DNA of 64,000 bases, taken from assembly GCA_001662655.1 (NCBI GenBank), contig KV460264.1; one strand, written 5' to 3'. The notes under the pieces are model-generated. The model saw nothing but the letters and a program-made list of their open reading frames with translations, did not search any database and was not told the DNA's origin. The translations under genes were made by a program, and so were the position numbers. Position 1 is the first letter of the stretch; each line of letters opens with the position of its first letter. Of this stretch, positions 32,811 through 45,300 are shown one piece after another. Origin of the DNA: Pseudogymnoascus verrucosus (Eukaryota).

Positions 32811-35086
32811 TTCGGGAGAGCCCGATGGTTGGACGAGAGTGAGTGTTGTTCACTAAGGGCGGTAGGTATGTTGTAAGGCGGGTGGTATGGTGAGAATGAT
32901 ATCGTGAGACCAGTATGTGGTGGTGTGAGGGCGAGGCTTAGCCCTTATGAGATGCCAAACGAAGGAGACGGGGAGAGAAAGGGAGGGGATGAGGAGGGGA
33001 GGGGGGGGAGAGAAAGAAAGTAAAGAGGTAAAGAGAGGAGAGAGAGGGGAGTAGAGTAGATAGGGTAAAAAAAGAAAGGCCAGCAACCTATACGACGACT
33101 GGGAGCTAAGTATTCTGCCAGGCGGCGGCGGGGATAAGAAAAGTCTAAATGGTGGAGATCCTGACGGGAGCCTTATAAATCAACTTTTTCCATTTTACCC
33201 CAATTACATGGCGTCCCAATCCCAGGAACGCGCTGGACAAGGGAGCCAGTGGAAAAGGTTAGCCGCGGAAGGGGAGGTAGAGTATAAATTGAAGGAAGGC
33301 AAAAGCCAAGATGCCCAAGTGCCGTCTTTCCGTGGCTTGGTGTTCGTTCCTTCCTTTTTACTGACCGTCTCTCATCCCTACCTTCCCCATTTCAGCTTGA
33401 CGTACATACGTACAGTACAGAACAGAGCGGGAAGAGGCCAAAAAGGTGGGAGGTGGCGCCTTCTTCGTAAAATCCGAGATTTGGGGTAGTCAGTGGTAAT
33501 GTACAAGTGTGGGGTACGCCGAGTATTCGTCCCATTTAGTGTCCTCCAATTCTTCCGCTCCCCCCTCCATGGCCCCTCTTGGCGTCTGTCTATTCCTGCC
33601 GCAGTTTAAGCGGAGCGTGATTTGGCGGAGTTTGATGTCTGCCCTAGCTCTCCTGGGGCAGGCAGGCGAGCTTCCGAGAGGGCTAGAATGCCTGGAAGAC
33701 GCCGGTGGGGGCGCAGGGAGTGCTAGTAGTGTTAGTACGTATAATACAGTAATAAGTTCGTAAGGATGGTCGTTGGCACTTAGTGGAGGATAGTGATTTT
33801 TGGACAAGTAAAGGCCGAAGCGAAGGCCGAACACACGCTGAAACCACCACATTTCCGCATTTTTCACACGCTTTTGGGCGCCACATAGGGTTTAGTGGCG
33901 TTGGTAGGGTCGGATTGTCAAAGATCTTGCCCATTAACAGTCGACGATGGTGGGGATGATGATGATGTTAAGGCACTAAGGCACTTGCAAGCATAACCAC
34001 GACCTGGGAAGGAGGGATGAGCCATGTTTGCTTGGCATGCACGGTGAGCATGGTGAGTCAAGCGGCGAGGCCTGCTTTGTGATTAGTATGAGGATCTAGA
34101 AGGGGGGAGAGGGATATTCCAACGCGACGCGAACTTGTGTATGGGATATATCATCTTCCATCGTGATCACGGGGAACCCGGAGACGACGGCTGTGCGGCA
34201 GATGCGGTAATGCCGTGCAGAAAGAAGATGCGGTGTGATTGTGATATCCTGTAGCACTGTGGGTGTGATAGGGATGCCCTGTGCGGTGTGTGTGATGGGG
34301 ATATGCTGTGCGTACTTACTCGTACACCCTCACGGCGAAGGGCTGGAGGTTGTAGGCGGTATAACATGGGGTGGTATATTGGATAGGTGTTGTTGTAGTT
34401 GAGAGGGCGAAGGCTTGAATTTGAGGTTGAAGATGTGGAAGGCAAAGATACGAGGGTGTGAGATTATAGCACAGTAGAGTACAGGCAAGACAGGGAAGTT
34501 ACGACTATAAGAACTACAACAACTGCAGCAACTACAACACTAACGTGGCTTCCTCAATGTTATAATACCAACGACTGACTCTATTATTCTGACCTCTCTC
34601 CTTTCTCCCTTTATCCTCTCCTAAATCAACTCTAACCAAAAAATACCTCACCTCCCACCCAAACCACCACCAACGCCGAAGTACCTTTCAACTAACTTCC
34701 CCCTCCCCGCCGATCCCTCGCTTCCCCCCCCTTCTCCCTCCTGCAAGCCACAATCCCGCACGCTCCACCCACGTTTTCCCTCGTCGCATCCTCTCTTCTT
34801 GATGGCGGCCACAGAGATAATTACACGTCTTCTGCAGACATCATTGCTTCCACAGCATATACGGCTTTTCAATATTATCACGGTGTTGCACAGCAGAGGG
34901 AACGGTAGGGTATTAACAGGTAAGTTATCATATCTACAGAAAATGTCCGTCCAGCCGCGCATCAACGCATTCAGTCATCTGCCCCTTTCCGTCCGTTCAT
35001 TCAGCTTCCACTACCTTCATCGCTCTCTCCCTTCCCCTCTCCCTCCCTCCATTCTTCTCCCCCTCCCCCCATTCCCCTCCCACCCT

Positions 35087-36527
35087 TTACGCCACAATTC
35101 TAGACGCCATACTATCCACCTCCAGCTCCCCCTTCAACTCCACCTTCGCCGCCCCCTCAATCCTACTCGCCATACTATCCGGCACCAACTCCGGCGTCAC
35201 GCTCCTCACCGGATAATCCGTCGCCGGCGCGCTGAGCAGCGTGCTCGTCGTCGGCTGGGGAGCCAGGATGGTGGGCGCGAGCTTGGTGGGGACGGTGCCG
35301 TTGGTGGTCATCCCGTTGGCGCCGTTGACGTAGTGGGCGTCGATGGCAGGGGGGCGGGGGCCGGTGCGCGCGGCGGAGGGGAGGATCTGCTCGAAGCCTT
35401 GGGAGGCGGCGACGGCTTCGATGGATTTGAAGTACTGCGTGTCATCGTCAACGGGTTGGTCTCAACAGGGGGGTGGGCGGAGTGGGAAAGAGTCGTTTGG
35501 GACAAATGGGGAAGGGGGAAGGAGGGAACGAACCTTCACAGTCTTAACCTGTAACTCCAGTGTCGCATCCTCATCAACCACAATCATCGGGTGCGGGTGC
35601 AACTGCAGACTCGAAAGCGTCCACATATGATTCACACCCCCCTCAATACACCTCTGCAACGCCAACGCCTTATGCGCCCCAGTGATAACAATCAGCACCT
35701 CCCTCGCCTCCAGCACCGTCTGCACGCCCACCGTCAGTGCCATCTTAGGCACCTTCTCCACATCCCCTCCGAAGAAGCGCGCGTTCGCGAGAATAGTATC
35801 ATACGCCAGCGTCTTGACGCGGGTGCGACTCGCGAGGGACGACCCGGGCTCGTTAAAGGCGATGTGTCCGTCTGGACCGATGCCACCGAGGAAGAGGTCT
35901 ATGCCGCCGACGGAGCGGATGGCGGCTTCGTAGGCGAGGCATTCGGCTTCGAGGTTGGGGGCGGTGCCGGAGAGCATGTGGATGTTTTGGGGGGGGATGT
36001 TGACGTGGGCGAAGAGGTGGGTGTACATGAAGGAGTGGTAGGAGGAGGGGTGGGCGGCGGGGATGCCGATGTATTCGTCCATGTTGAAGGTCACGACATT
36101 CTCGAAGGAGATGCGGCCGGCTTTGTAGGCGGCGACGAGGAGGCGGTAGATAACGACTGGGCTGGAGCCGGTGGGGAGGCCGAGGACGAAGGGGTGTTGC
36201 GGGGTGGGGTTGAAGTGTTTGATTCTGTCTGTGGGGTGTGTGTTAGTTGGGTTGAGCTGTGGAAGGGTGGGATGTGAAAGGGAAGTGAGGTTTGGATTGG
36301 GGAAGGGAGTGAGGTGGGAGAAGTGAGAGTTGGGGAATGTGAGTCGGATTGGAGTGAGGGAGTGAGGTTGGAGAAGTGAGAATGAGGCAGCGGAAGTGAG
36401 CGCGAGGGTAAGAGTAAACTGGCCGCAGGGAATGAGGTGAAATGAGAATGGAGTGAGGCATACTAATGATATAGTTGACGATATACTCCGACGCTGAGTC
36501 CGGATTCTCGCGGATAATGAGACGCAT
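35087..36527 (-). CDS. dam1: Glucosamine-6-phosphate deaminase
   Basis: [59 protein letters not shown]. Introns 36229-36463 and 35435-35533. Confidence 0.96.
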
Positions 36528-37428
36528 GGCTGCGGTTGTGCTTTGTGAAGTTGTAGATAGGTAGGTCGGTCGATTTGGTTCGAAGATAAGAGGATGATAG
36601 ATGAACGACGCAGCAGCAGCAGTTTATCTTCGTAGAGCCAGCTCGAGATAGATCTTGGACAGCTCAGCAGGTATGTATGTAGGTAGTAGGTAGGTTGGTA
36701 GGCGGTATATTAACTGAGACAAAAGCCTCTTCTCACGATATTACTTCATATAACAAAAAAAACTACGTATGAAAGTATAGGATAAGGTATATGAAAGAAA
36801 ATAAAATACCCATCCGACCACCCCGGCGGGACCCTCATCGCATATCTACCCTCCAGTCCCCGCCCTCCCCGCCGGCTCGTGGACAGGTCTGTGGCCATTC
36901 ACTCCACCTTCCTTACCTCACTGACACTACGCTACGTAGAACCAGGCGTGGCGTGGCTACTACTTACTTACTACAGAGTATGGTACAGTACAGAAAAGTA
37001 CGACCCTACCACCGACCGAAGCGCCGCGCCGACGTTTCCGTCGGCGAAGGCGTGGTTCGGTCGGGGATTTGGGGAGTGTGGGATGGGTGGATGGGGGATG
37101 TGGTGGTGACGATGGTGGTGGTGGTGGTGGGTGGTTGTATGGAACGTCACTGTTGCCCCGCGTCGGGAGTAGGGGGGAGATGTTTCTCCAATTCCCGGGG
37201 GTTTTCCCCACCCTAGGTTTGGGGGAGGTATATTTGTGAGGGATGGGGAGTGGCGGGAGGGGAGGGGGGATATCACCTGCCTGCCTGCCTTTGAAAGTTG
37301 ACGTTGTATGGGATGACGGGGTGTTTGGTCGGGGTGTGCGGGATGGGATGGGACTACCGCCGGATGGAGGAAGGGGCGAAAGGGAGGGACTTATTCCGAG
37401 AGGGATGGACTTGTTCTTAGAAGGAAAG

Positions 37429-37534
37429 ATGAGAGGTTCTTGATCCAAGAGTACCTCGGCCTTTCCCTCTTCTGTATCTGTATGAGAGGTTCTTGATTTA
37501 AGAGCCCCTCGGCCTTTCCTCTTGTGTATCTGTC
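37429..37534. repeat. 53-bp imperfect tandem duplication
   Basis: ATGAGAGGTTCTTGAT..AAGAG..CCTCGGCCTTTCC..TGTATCTGT starts at 37429 and again at 37482. Confidence 0.85.
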
Positions 37535-39007
37535 GGGTAGGGACATATGGTGTCGGGTAGATAGACGTACTTCGTAGTATCGTCGGCTTATAATTTCCAT
37601 ACTTTAGCTTCGGCGGCGTCGGTGTTTCGTCCGGAGAGCATAAACAGGACTTATGTAAGGGTCATTCATATCAGGCGTCACCCACCCGCCGTCAGTCACG
37701 TCCTATCTCTCCTCTGGCTTCTTTGAGACTTTAGGCAGGGTAAAGTCTCAGTCCGCGGCGGGTCGGATTAGAGCCAGGTCGTCGGGCCGGATGCGGCGAA
37801 TGTTTTTTTTTGAGATGTTGCAGTGGTAGTCTGGTGGTTCTGGATGGAGACGGTTAGCTCTTGGCTGGTGGGAGTGGGAATGGGACGAGCGTGGGGAGCG
37901 AGATGGATGGGGGGGCCATGGAATTCTTCCACGAGTTGTGGTTTCTGGATGTCGTCGCCACAGTTGTGGTCTGTTGTTGTGGACTCACAGCCTATAGATT
38001 GCCACTGCCAATCTTGGAATTGGCATCGAATTGGTCGTCAACGGCTCGTCAATCTCAATTGGAGCCGTTGTTTGTTGGTGGATTGTTGTGTGGTGGTGGA
38101 GGTGGATGTTGTGGATGTAGATGTTGTGGTTGTGGTTGTGGTTGTACTGTAGCATCGTTACTGTTACTCCAATACCGGCGCCGGTGTTCCACCCGCAGGA
38201 GGGAGTAGTAGAAATGCTGTGGTGCTGTGGTAATGGAAGTAGTGTGGTTAGAGATATACTTTGCCTCTGTGGTAATATACTATGACACCCAATGTACTTT
38301 ACTAGAGAAGGTACTTCTTCCGATAGACCACCCTGGTAGATACACCAACTAGATTCTGATGGACGCGGCGACGGATGGCAGATGGAACGTTGCAGCTTAC
38401 CACCTACCACCATTTTAGATTTTAGTACCACAGGAAACACACAGGAACAGGGGTCATTCCTTCCTAAACTCCACCAAAAACATACCAAAATTATGGAAAT
38501 CTATGATTATCACCACCCACAAACACCTGCCACCAACCACCAGAATCCACTCACCACCACTCACAAATCACCCGTCGATGGAGACAGCCGCCGACGACGA
38601 ACAATCGCTGCCAATCTGCATGCTAAGTACCTTCCTTTCCTTGTGGAACAGCCCCCACTGGCATGTACCCTCCATGCATCTCTTGGCTTGTCCCAGAGAG
38701 GCGTCTGTCTGAACCAACAGTGAGCACCTGCCTGTGCTGCCAGTACAGTGCTACCACCAGCACAAATGCCACTGTGCTGTGGTATGTGCGAGTATGCGCA
38801 GTATGCACAGTATGCACAGTATGCACGGGAGAGGCTGACCTACCGAGCAGGTAGGAGACAGGAAGGACACAGCCGCCAGGAGGAGACAAGAGGCAGGAGA
38901 CCAGACAGACAGGAGAGAGACAGAGACAGGCACCATATCCACAATCTGCGGTCTCTCCCTCCCTGGGTCCCTGGCCTAAAGTGGGTGATTGAGTGACCAG
39001 TACCAAT

Positions 39008-39140
39008 TATGAAGAACTTCGAGTATCATTACTCCAAGACGAGTACCACTATGAGGAACTACGAGTATCATTACTCCAAGACGAGTGAGTACTACTATGA
39101 AGAACGAGTACCACGACGAAGACTACGAGTATCAATACTC
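39008..39140. repeat. About 42-bp tandem repeat: two near-perfect copies plus decayed copies
   Basis: TATGA(A/G)GAACT(T/A)CGAGTATCATTACTCCAAGACGAGT twice, then partial copies. Confidence 0.85.
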
Positions 39141-40556
39141 TATAGCCTACGAATACCACTGCTACATATCGATAGTACCCAGCACCCATCAATCCGAAGA
39201 CTGAAGAAATATACAAGAAAATCCACAAAAAACATGACAAAATACACCCAAAAAGAGATAAAAAAATACGACAAAAATACCCCAATCCTCAATCAATCCT
39301 AAGTGCCATCCATTATTCCCCTTTTCAGTAATGTAGCACTCGGCTCATACAGGGTATAGCTACGTGCCGCCGCTACGGACATGGTGGGGAAGAGCAGATG
39401 GAGACAAGGAACGACAAGGAACAAGAAGAAACGACAGGGCCATGGATGTTTTTGAGAAGGAAGGATGGGATTTGTATGGCCTTGTTTGGCCTTGGAGGGC
39501 TTATAATGGCTTATGATTGGCATAATTCGACATGGAAGCTGCGATGCACCCACTACTAACTACCTACTAAACAACACCTGCCCTGGCTGTGGACGCGCGG
39601 TACGTACCTCCTACTACAACGCCTCTGCGACCACTACTCTACTCTACTACCACTAGCTGCCCCCATACACGCCCCCCATACACGCCCCCCATACACGCCT
39701 CACATACTACTATACTACTATCCACATCACACTACTACAAACTCTACTACAACACGACTCAGATCGACTCTTGTTTGTCTCTGGCGTGTCTCTCCGGCTG
39801 GCTGGTCTGGCTTCCTACCTTCCCCATTACTATTTCTAGCTTGCAACCTTTAATCTGCCCTTCTATACTACTACTACTTCCTCTCTGCTACCTCCTACCC
39901 CACGCTATACTACCACTCGTTGCTGCCGCTGGAGGGTCTTGCTCGAATTGCGTGCCCTCCCCCTTCAGTCCCATCAGCCCTCTCTATTGCCCCCCCCCCC
40001 TTCCCATCACACCTGTCTCATCTCCCCTAGCTCCACCTGCATCTGCCACGGCGAGATCGAAAAGAGAGAGAAGCTCCGAGGGCGAAAAGAGAGACAATCA
40101 GAGAATGTGGAGGCAGGCTGCTTTCGTCGTCGTGTAGCCTCAACCTCATCCGCTCCTTCCCACATCCACTTCCACACCCAACCCTCCTACAACCTCGTGC
40201 TTTCCCCTACCTACGTACTCGCACAAACGCGCGCGCGCTACGATCACCCCACAATCTACTACATACGCACACACGAGCCCATCTGCTACGGACCATCGCC
40301 GAACTGATCTCGCTGTGATTGGGCCCGATCCACCGCGCCCCAGAAAACATACGAGACATCCTCCGTCCTGACCTACCCCGAACCCATCTCGGCCTCTGCA
40401 ACCTCACCTCACCTCACCTCACCCTACCCTCACCGCGGCCATTGCCCCCTTCAGCCGCGCCGCCCTCCTATCCCACGTTCCAGCCACCACCGCCGTGCGC
40501 GCGCGCCTCAACCCCCCCCCTCCCCCCAACCCGGCCCTTTATATACCTATGCCTCC

Positions 40557-42314
40557 ATGACCTCCGTCCCTACCCCACCGACCACCCCATCCCTCGCCCA
40601 CCGCATCCGCACCGCGATAATGACCCTACACACCACGCTCCTGTCGGCCCTGCGCGCCCTCCTGCGCCGCACGAAGCGCATGCACGCCCTCCTCGCCACC
40701 TTCCTGCGGTCCCTGCGGCCCGCGCTCTCCCTCTCCCCCACCGCCGCCTACGCCGCCGAGATCGAGTCCCTCTTCGCGGCCCTCGACGCGCCGGGCCTGC
40801 GCCGCCTCGCTGATGGATTGCAGGCCCAGTACGTGATCGCGCTGCGCGAGAACCCGGCGTGTATGCTGCCTAGCTACAGCCATGTGTTGCCGTCGGGCGA
40901 AGAAACGGGGCGCTACGTCGCGCTTGATGTTGGCGGGTCGACGTTCCGCGTTGCGGTGCTGGAGTTGTTTGGGCGCGAGGGCGAGGGGGATGAGAGTGTT
41001 GTGCGCGGGGCAAGGACGTTCAAGATCGATGATGTGGTGAAGCAGCGTGTTGGGATTGCGTTTTTTGAGTGGTTGGCTGAGAGGATTGAGGAGACGCTGA
41101 GGGAGGTGCTAGGAGAGACGAAGGAGGGAGAGGAGATGGCGAAGATGGATATGGGGTTGTCCTGGAGCTTTCCCATTGAGCACACGTCGTTGCGTAGTGG
41201 GAAGATCCATGGGATGGGCAAGGGATTTAGAGCGATGGAGGGGCTTCTAGGGGCGGATCTGGCAGATGTTTTACAGGGCGCTTGTGACCGGCGGGTATGT
41301 CTCTCCCTCTGCTGTCCTACTATATATCTATCCGTAACTAACACTACTCAGCATCTCCCGGTAACCCTCACCGCAACCGTCAACGACGCCGCCTCCACTC
41401 TCCTCTCGCGCGCCTACAGCACGCCAAACACGCACTACGGCCTCATCCTCGGCACCGGCGTCAACATCGCCGTGCACCTCCCCACCTCCCTCGTAGCCGG
41501 CAAACTCGCCCTGCGCAATATCAACAGTGCCGCATCCCCTCCCACCTCACCACCGTCGCTATCCACGTCGCCGGGATCGTCCGTCAGCATGGGCTCGGCG
41601 CTTCCGCCGCATGATCATGTGATCGTAAACACAGAGATCAGCATGTTCGGCGCGGGCGTGCTGCCAGTAACCCGCTTCGACACCGCCCTCGACGCCGCAC
41701 ACGCGCTGCCTGGCTTCCAGCCCCTCGAGATGCTTGTCTCAGGCCGCTACCTGGGCGAAGTCGCACGTCTCGTCATCGTCGAGGGATTCGAGCGCGGTGT
41801 TCTCTTCGCGGACGCCAAGGCGCTGCCGAAGGGGTGGGAGAGGGGTTACGGTCTCGACAGCGAGGTGTTGGCTAAGCTGCAGGTTGGGGAGTGGAAGAAT
41901 CTCGGTCTCGGGATTGTGGAGGGTGATGGGGAGGCGTTGAGGCAGATTGCTGGGGCTGTGGCGACGAGGGCGGCGAGGGTGGTTGCTGCGTCGATTTACG
42001 CGTTACGAGTTGTTAGGGATGGCGCGGCTGCCGTGGCTGTGCCGAGCAAAGCGGAGCTTATTGAGCGGGTGATGGAGGGAACGATTACGGCGGCGGCGCC
42101 GGCGGCGGCTGCTGTGAGGGAGGACACGGTGGTTGCGTGCGCGGGCGCGGTGATTCAGTTTTATCCTGGCTTTAGACAGGGGGCGCAGGAGGCGCTGGAT
42201 GAGTTGTGTGGGGAGGGGCAGGGTAGGATAGAGTTGTGTTTGGCGGAGGAGAGCTCGTTGCTTGGGGCTGCTGTTGGGGCGGCTGTTGTTGCTGGTGGGG
42301 GGGAGGGGAGGTGA
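40557..42314 (+). CDS. hxk3: Hexokinase-family N-acetylglucosamine kinase (HXK3/HxkC-like)
   Basis: CMLPSY, ALDVGGSTFRV, MGLSWSFP, GMGKGF, VNDAASTL, LILGTGVN, VNTE, FQPLEMLVSGRYLGEV. In-frame intron 41295-41351. Start could instead be 40620. Confidence 0.92.
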   Translation: MTSVPTPPTTPSLAHRIRTAIMTLHTTLLSALRALLRRTKRMHALLATFLRSLRPALSLSPTAAYAAEIESLFAALDAPGLRRLADGLQAQYVIALRENPACMLPSYSHVLPSGEETGRYVALDVGGSTFRVAVLELFGREGEGDESVVRGARTFKIDDVVKQRVGIAFFEWLAERIEETLREVLGETKEGEEMAKMDMGLSWSFPIEHTSLRSGKIHGMGKGFRAMEGLLGADLADVLQGACDRRVCLSLCCPTIYLSVTNTTQHLPVTLTATVNDAASTLLSRAYSTPNTHYGLILGTGVNIAVHLPTSLVAGKLALRNINSAASPPTSPPSLSTSPGSSVSMGSALPPHDHVIVNTEISMFGAGVLPVTRFDTALDAAHALPGFQPLEMLVSGRYLGEVARLVIVEGFERGVLFADAKALPKGWERGYGLDSEVLAKLQVGEWKNLGLGIVEGDGEALRQIAGAVATRAARVVAASIYALRVVRDGAAAVAVPSKAELIERVMEGTITAAAPAAAAVREDTVVACAGAVIQFYPGFRQGAQEALDELCGEGQGRIELCLAEESSLLGAAVGAAVVAGGGEGR

Positions 42315-45300
42315 TGTGAAGGTGTAAAGAGTGGATGGTTTGAAGGGGGCGGAGAGGGGTAATGGGTGCATGAGGGGTGGGATGTAGACTTGAGGGTGGT
42401 TTGTAGATACGCGTAACATATCATATGGTGGGTGGGGATAGAATGCATTGCATGGATTTATTCGATTATTTTGTTCGTCTCCTTGACTGTCTTTGATGTT
42501 TGTGATCCGTGTTGGGGGTGGTCAGTACCTGGTCTCTGATGTGTCCTGGTGATTTGTGGCGATGGTATGTGGTATGATGTCTGTCTACTTGATTCGTGAG
42601 GGTGTGGATCGTGGTGCTGTGGCATCGTGTGAATCTGACCTATGAGGGGAGGAGTTAGGGCTGCGCGGTTTATGTGGCCCTATGGAAGAGGCTGCAGGCA
42701 GAGGAATTCTTCCGGGGTTGGGTGGTAGAAGGATATCGAGGTTGTAGATCGGCAGGTTGATGTTGGGGTAGATGTGCTGTTAGGCTCCCAAGAGCAACAT
42801 CTCAGCCTACAGACGAGACTATGTGAAGACTTTAGTCACCCCTAGTTTGCGAGGTTTGCCACTTGGGTTGGAAACCCATCAGAACCAACACCTTTGGGAT
42901 ATTAGTTAGGATGCGTGCGATTTCTAATTACCAGTTAAAGATGCAATTCTTCGCGGCCTATGAAGACTGTTGCCGACGCCTCACTGTTGGTAGGCCTACA
43001 ATGACCATCGCCCGGCGTCAGAGGCGCCGAGGCCATCGACTTGATCTATACTATACGGATAGCCAACAGAGAACGCCAGAACACCAGGCCACCCAGTCTC
43101 CGCGCTACCGCAATCTTACCGACGCCTTTCTCCTGGTGATGATTCTGTGGACAGCTTGTGACAGGGACGCAGATTTGCGGTGGCAGTTTCTTGTGGCAGG
43201 AATTCGTCTGCGGCAGCGGCAGTTCTTGCGACGAGAATTCGACGGTGGTGGCAGCAGTAACTGTTGGAGACAAGAATTCGTATGCAGGCTTGCCGTGTAA
43301 AGCATTGCGTGCAGACCAAGTCCCTACTCCGTATCTCAGCGAGTATATCTGGATCTTTCTGTTGTCTCCGTGTAAACGAACGAATGAATACTTTTACCCC
43401 GAAGCCTTGGGTGACAGAGCCTCCAATTTATCAACCCATATAGCGGCCACTCTGTAGACTCATGTGGGGGGATTTTCTGCATCAGGACTTCCATTATACC
43501 TTATCCCCATCTTTAATACTATTAAATAGGGAAAGGACGAACGACCAAGTGAAGAACGATCGACTAAATGAAGTAGGAACGACCGACTCGAGAAGGAAAG
43601 GGCGATCAGCTCCAGAAGATCTCGGAAAAGAAAGAGCAACCTACTCGAAGGGGAAGGAACGACCATTGACTAAGGACGGAACGACGGGCTACAAAGGGAA
43701 AGAGCAATCGACTTCAGGGGAAAGGAATGACCGGGCAAGAATGGAAGTAACGACCCTATCTTCGTTCCTTCTGTGACAGTTACCAAGGTTGCCAAGATTA
43801 GAGCGTTCTTTCCATAGCCATCTGATATCCTTCATCTTTTCCAGAGCAACTGAACTCAACAAGTACAGTCATCTCGTTCATTGGGTTCGAGATCCAATTC
43901 ACAGTGTAATCTTCTACACATCAATAGAAAACGGGAAAGCACGAGCCCCGATGGACCTAGAACGATGGCACCTTTAGTCATGCGTGGCTTTAGATCAAGT
44001 GCCGTAGGCCGGCTGGTAGCGCACAAATTTTCGACTTCGTCACTCGAATGGCTGCCAGGTTCGAAAGGTTCGTCGGCAGATAAAGATGAGGTATTGTCGT
44101 CGCAGCACGGAAGAGTGGGAGAAGACACGGGTTTGGTCTTCGAGGGGGAAATAACAAACCATTAGAGAGTTCATAACAGAGGGGGGCTTTTGCAGGCGTT
44201 AATACACACCTCTACCATTTGATGTACTTTACAAATGCCATGTCCTGTATTCACAACGACGACAGTCCGCCTAGCTTTTTCATTCCCAGGACATTATATT
44301 TGAAATTTTATATTGTGTGATCATGTTGTATGCTGACAAAATATATGCTTAGAGGTTATTTCTACACTCACATCGTCTACAGTTATATCGCAAATGACCC
44401 CTTTGTCGGGAGATCGCCTGTCTCGGGAAGGACCCGACTCTACTGCCGGTTGCCCTTGGCATTACCTGTGTGCACCGACAGTGTACATAGGGCATGTGAT
44501 ACTATGGTAAGACCAGTGTATACGGGGAATCCCGACGGCTGAGCACGCCCTCGGCGTCGTGAACATCCAAACGGATACACAATTCTAGAACTCTGCCGTG
44601 CCAAATGCTCGCCATGGAAGCGAAGCCTAGGGGTGGGCCTTCCTATACGGGAGCTGATACAACTCCCTGGCCTTTCAGCAGCCACCTGTCAGGCTTATAT
44701 CGGGATGGGGTAGACCAGCTGAAGCTCGCTATACTCTATCGACCCTTGATAATATCAAACAATATCGATATGAAAGCCTTATAATGACCAAGGATTAGTG
44801 GAACACTCCCCAGCCAGGAAGCGAACCGAATCTCAAGAGCCGGTCGCCATGAGAAACGCCAGGAAGTGACTATTATAGCCAGATTCGGTCTAGGCCCACC
44901 TCTACTTTCTTTGGCATTAGGTATGCACCAAGCAATGGCTTGCATCTCCTCATGGTTGGGCGTTTTGGTGGCGGCGAATAACGGACCCCAAGAGTTACGA
45001 GGGCGTCTTTAGTGAAAAAGGCTCGTGTGCAACAGCGGCAGAGTGCGACTTTATTGGGACTCTTGCACATGCTGAAACCGCCCGATTGGCACAGATAACG
45101 GCCGACTGGCCACGCGGTGTGTGCATGGTATTTAGGTGGTGTTCCAAGGATGGTGACAAGGCAATCGCCGGAGGCCGATCCGCGGTGCTCACACCGAGGA
45201 CCGAAAGGTGACGCGATGATTGGAGATGAGTGAGCCAGGGAGTGAACCAAGCGTATATCCTCTGAGAGTATGTATGGGAAGGGCAGGGATGTGGAAACAG

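Noticed and set aside
31944..32876. Long antisense ORFs over the ABC gene (likewise over GH31, dac1, dam1 and the sugar porter)
   Set aside because: Shadow ORFs caused by GC-rich codon usage of the real genes.
37985..38488. ORF with an (HN)n run, and Cys/Gly- or Val-rich frames on the other strand
   Set aside because: Derived from a GTTGTG microsatellite; no other coding evidence.
39009..39302. 97-aa ORF with repeated EYHYSKTS, resembling a repeat peptide precursor
   Set aside because: No signal peptide or regular KR processing sites, and the repeats decay out of frame; treated as a non-coding duplication.
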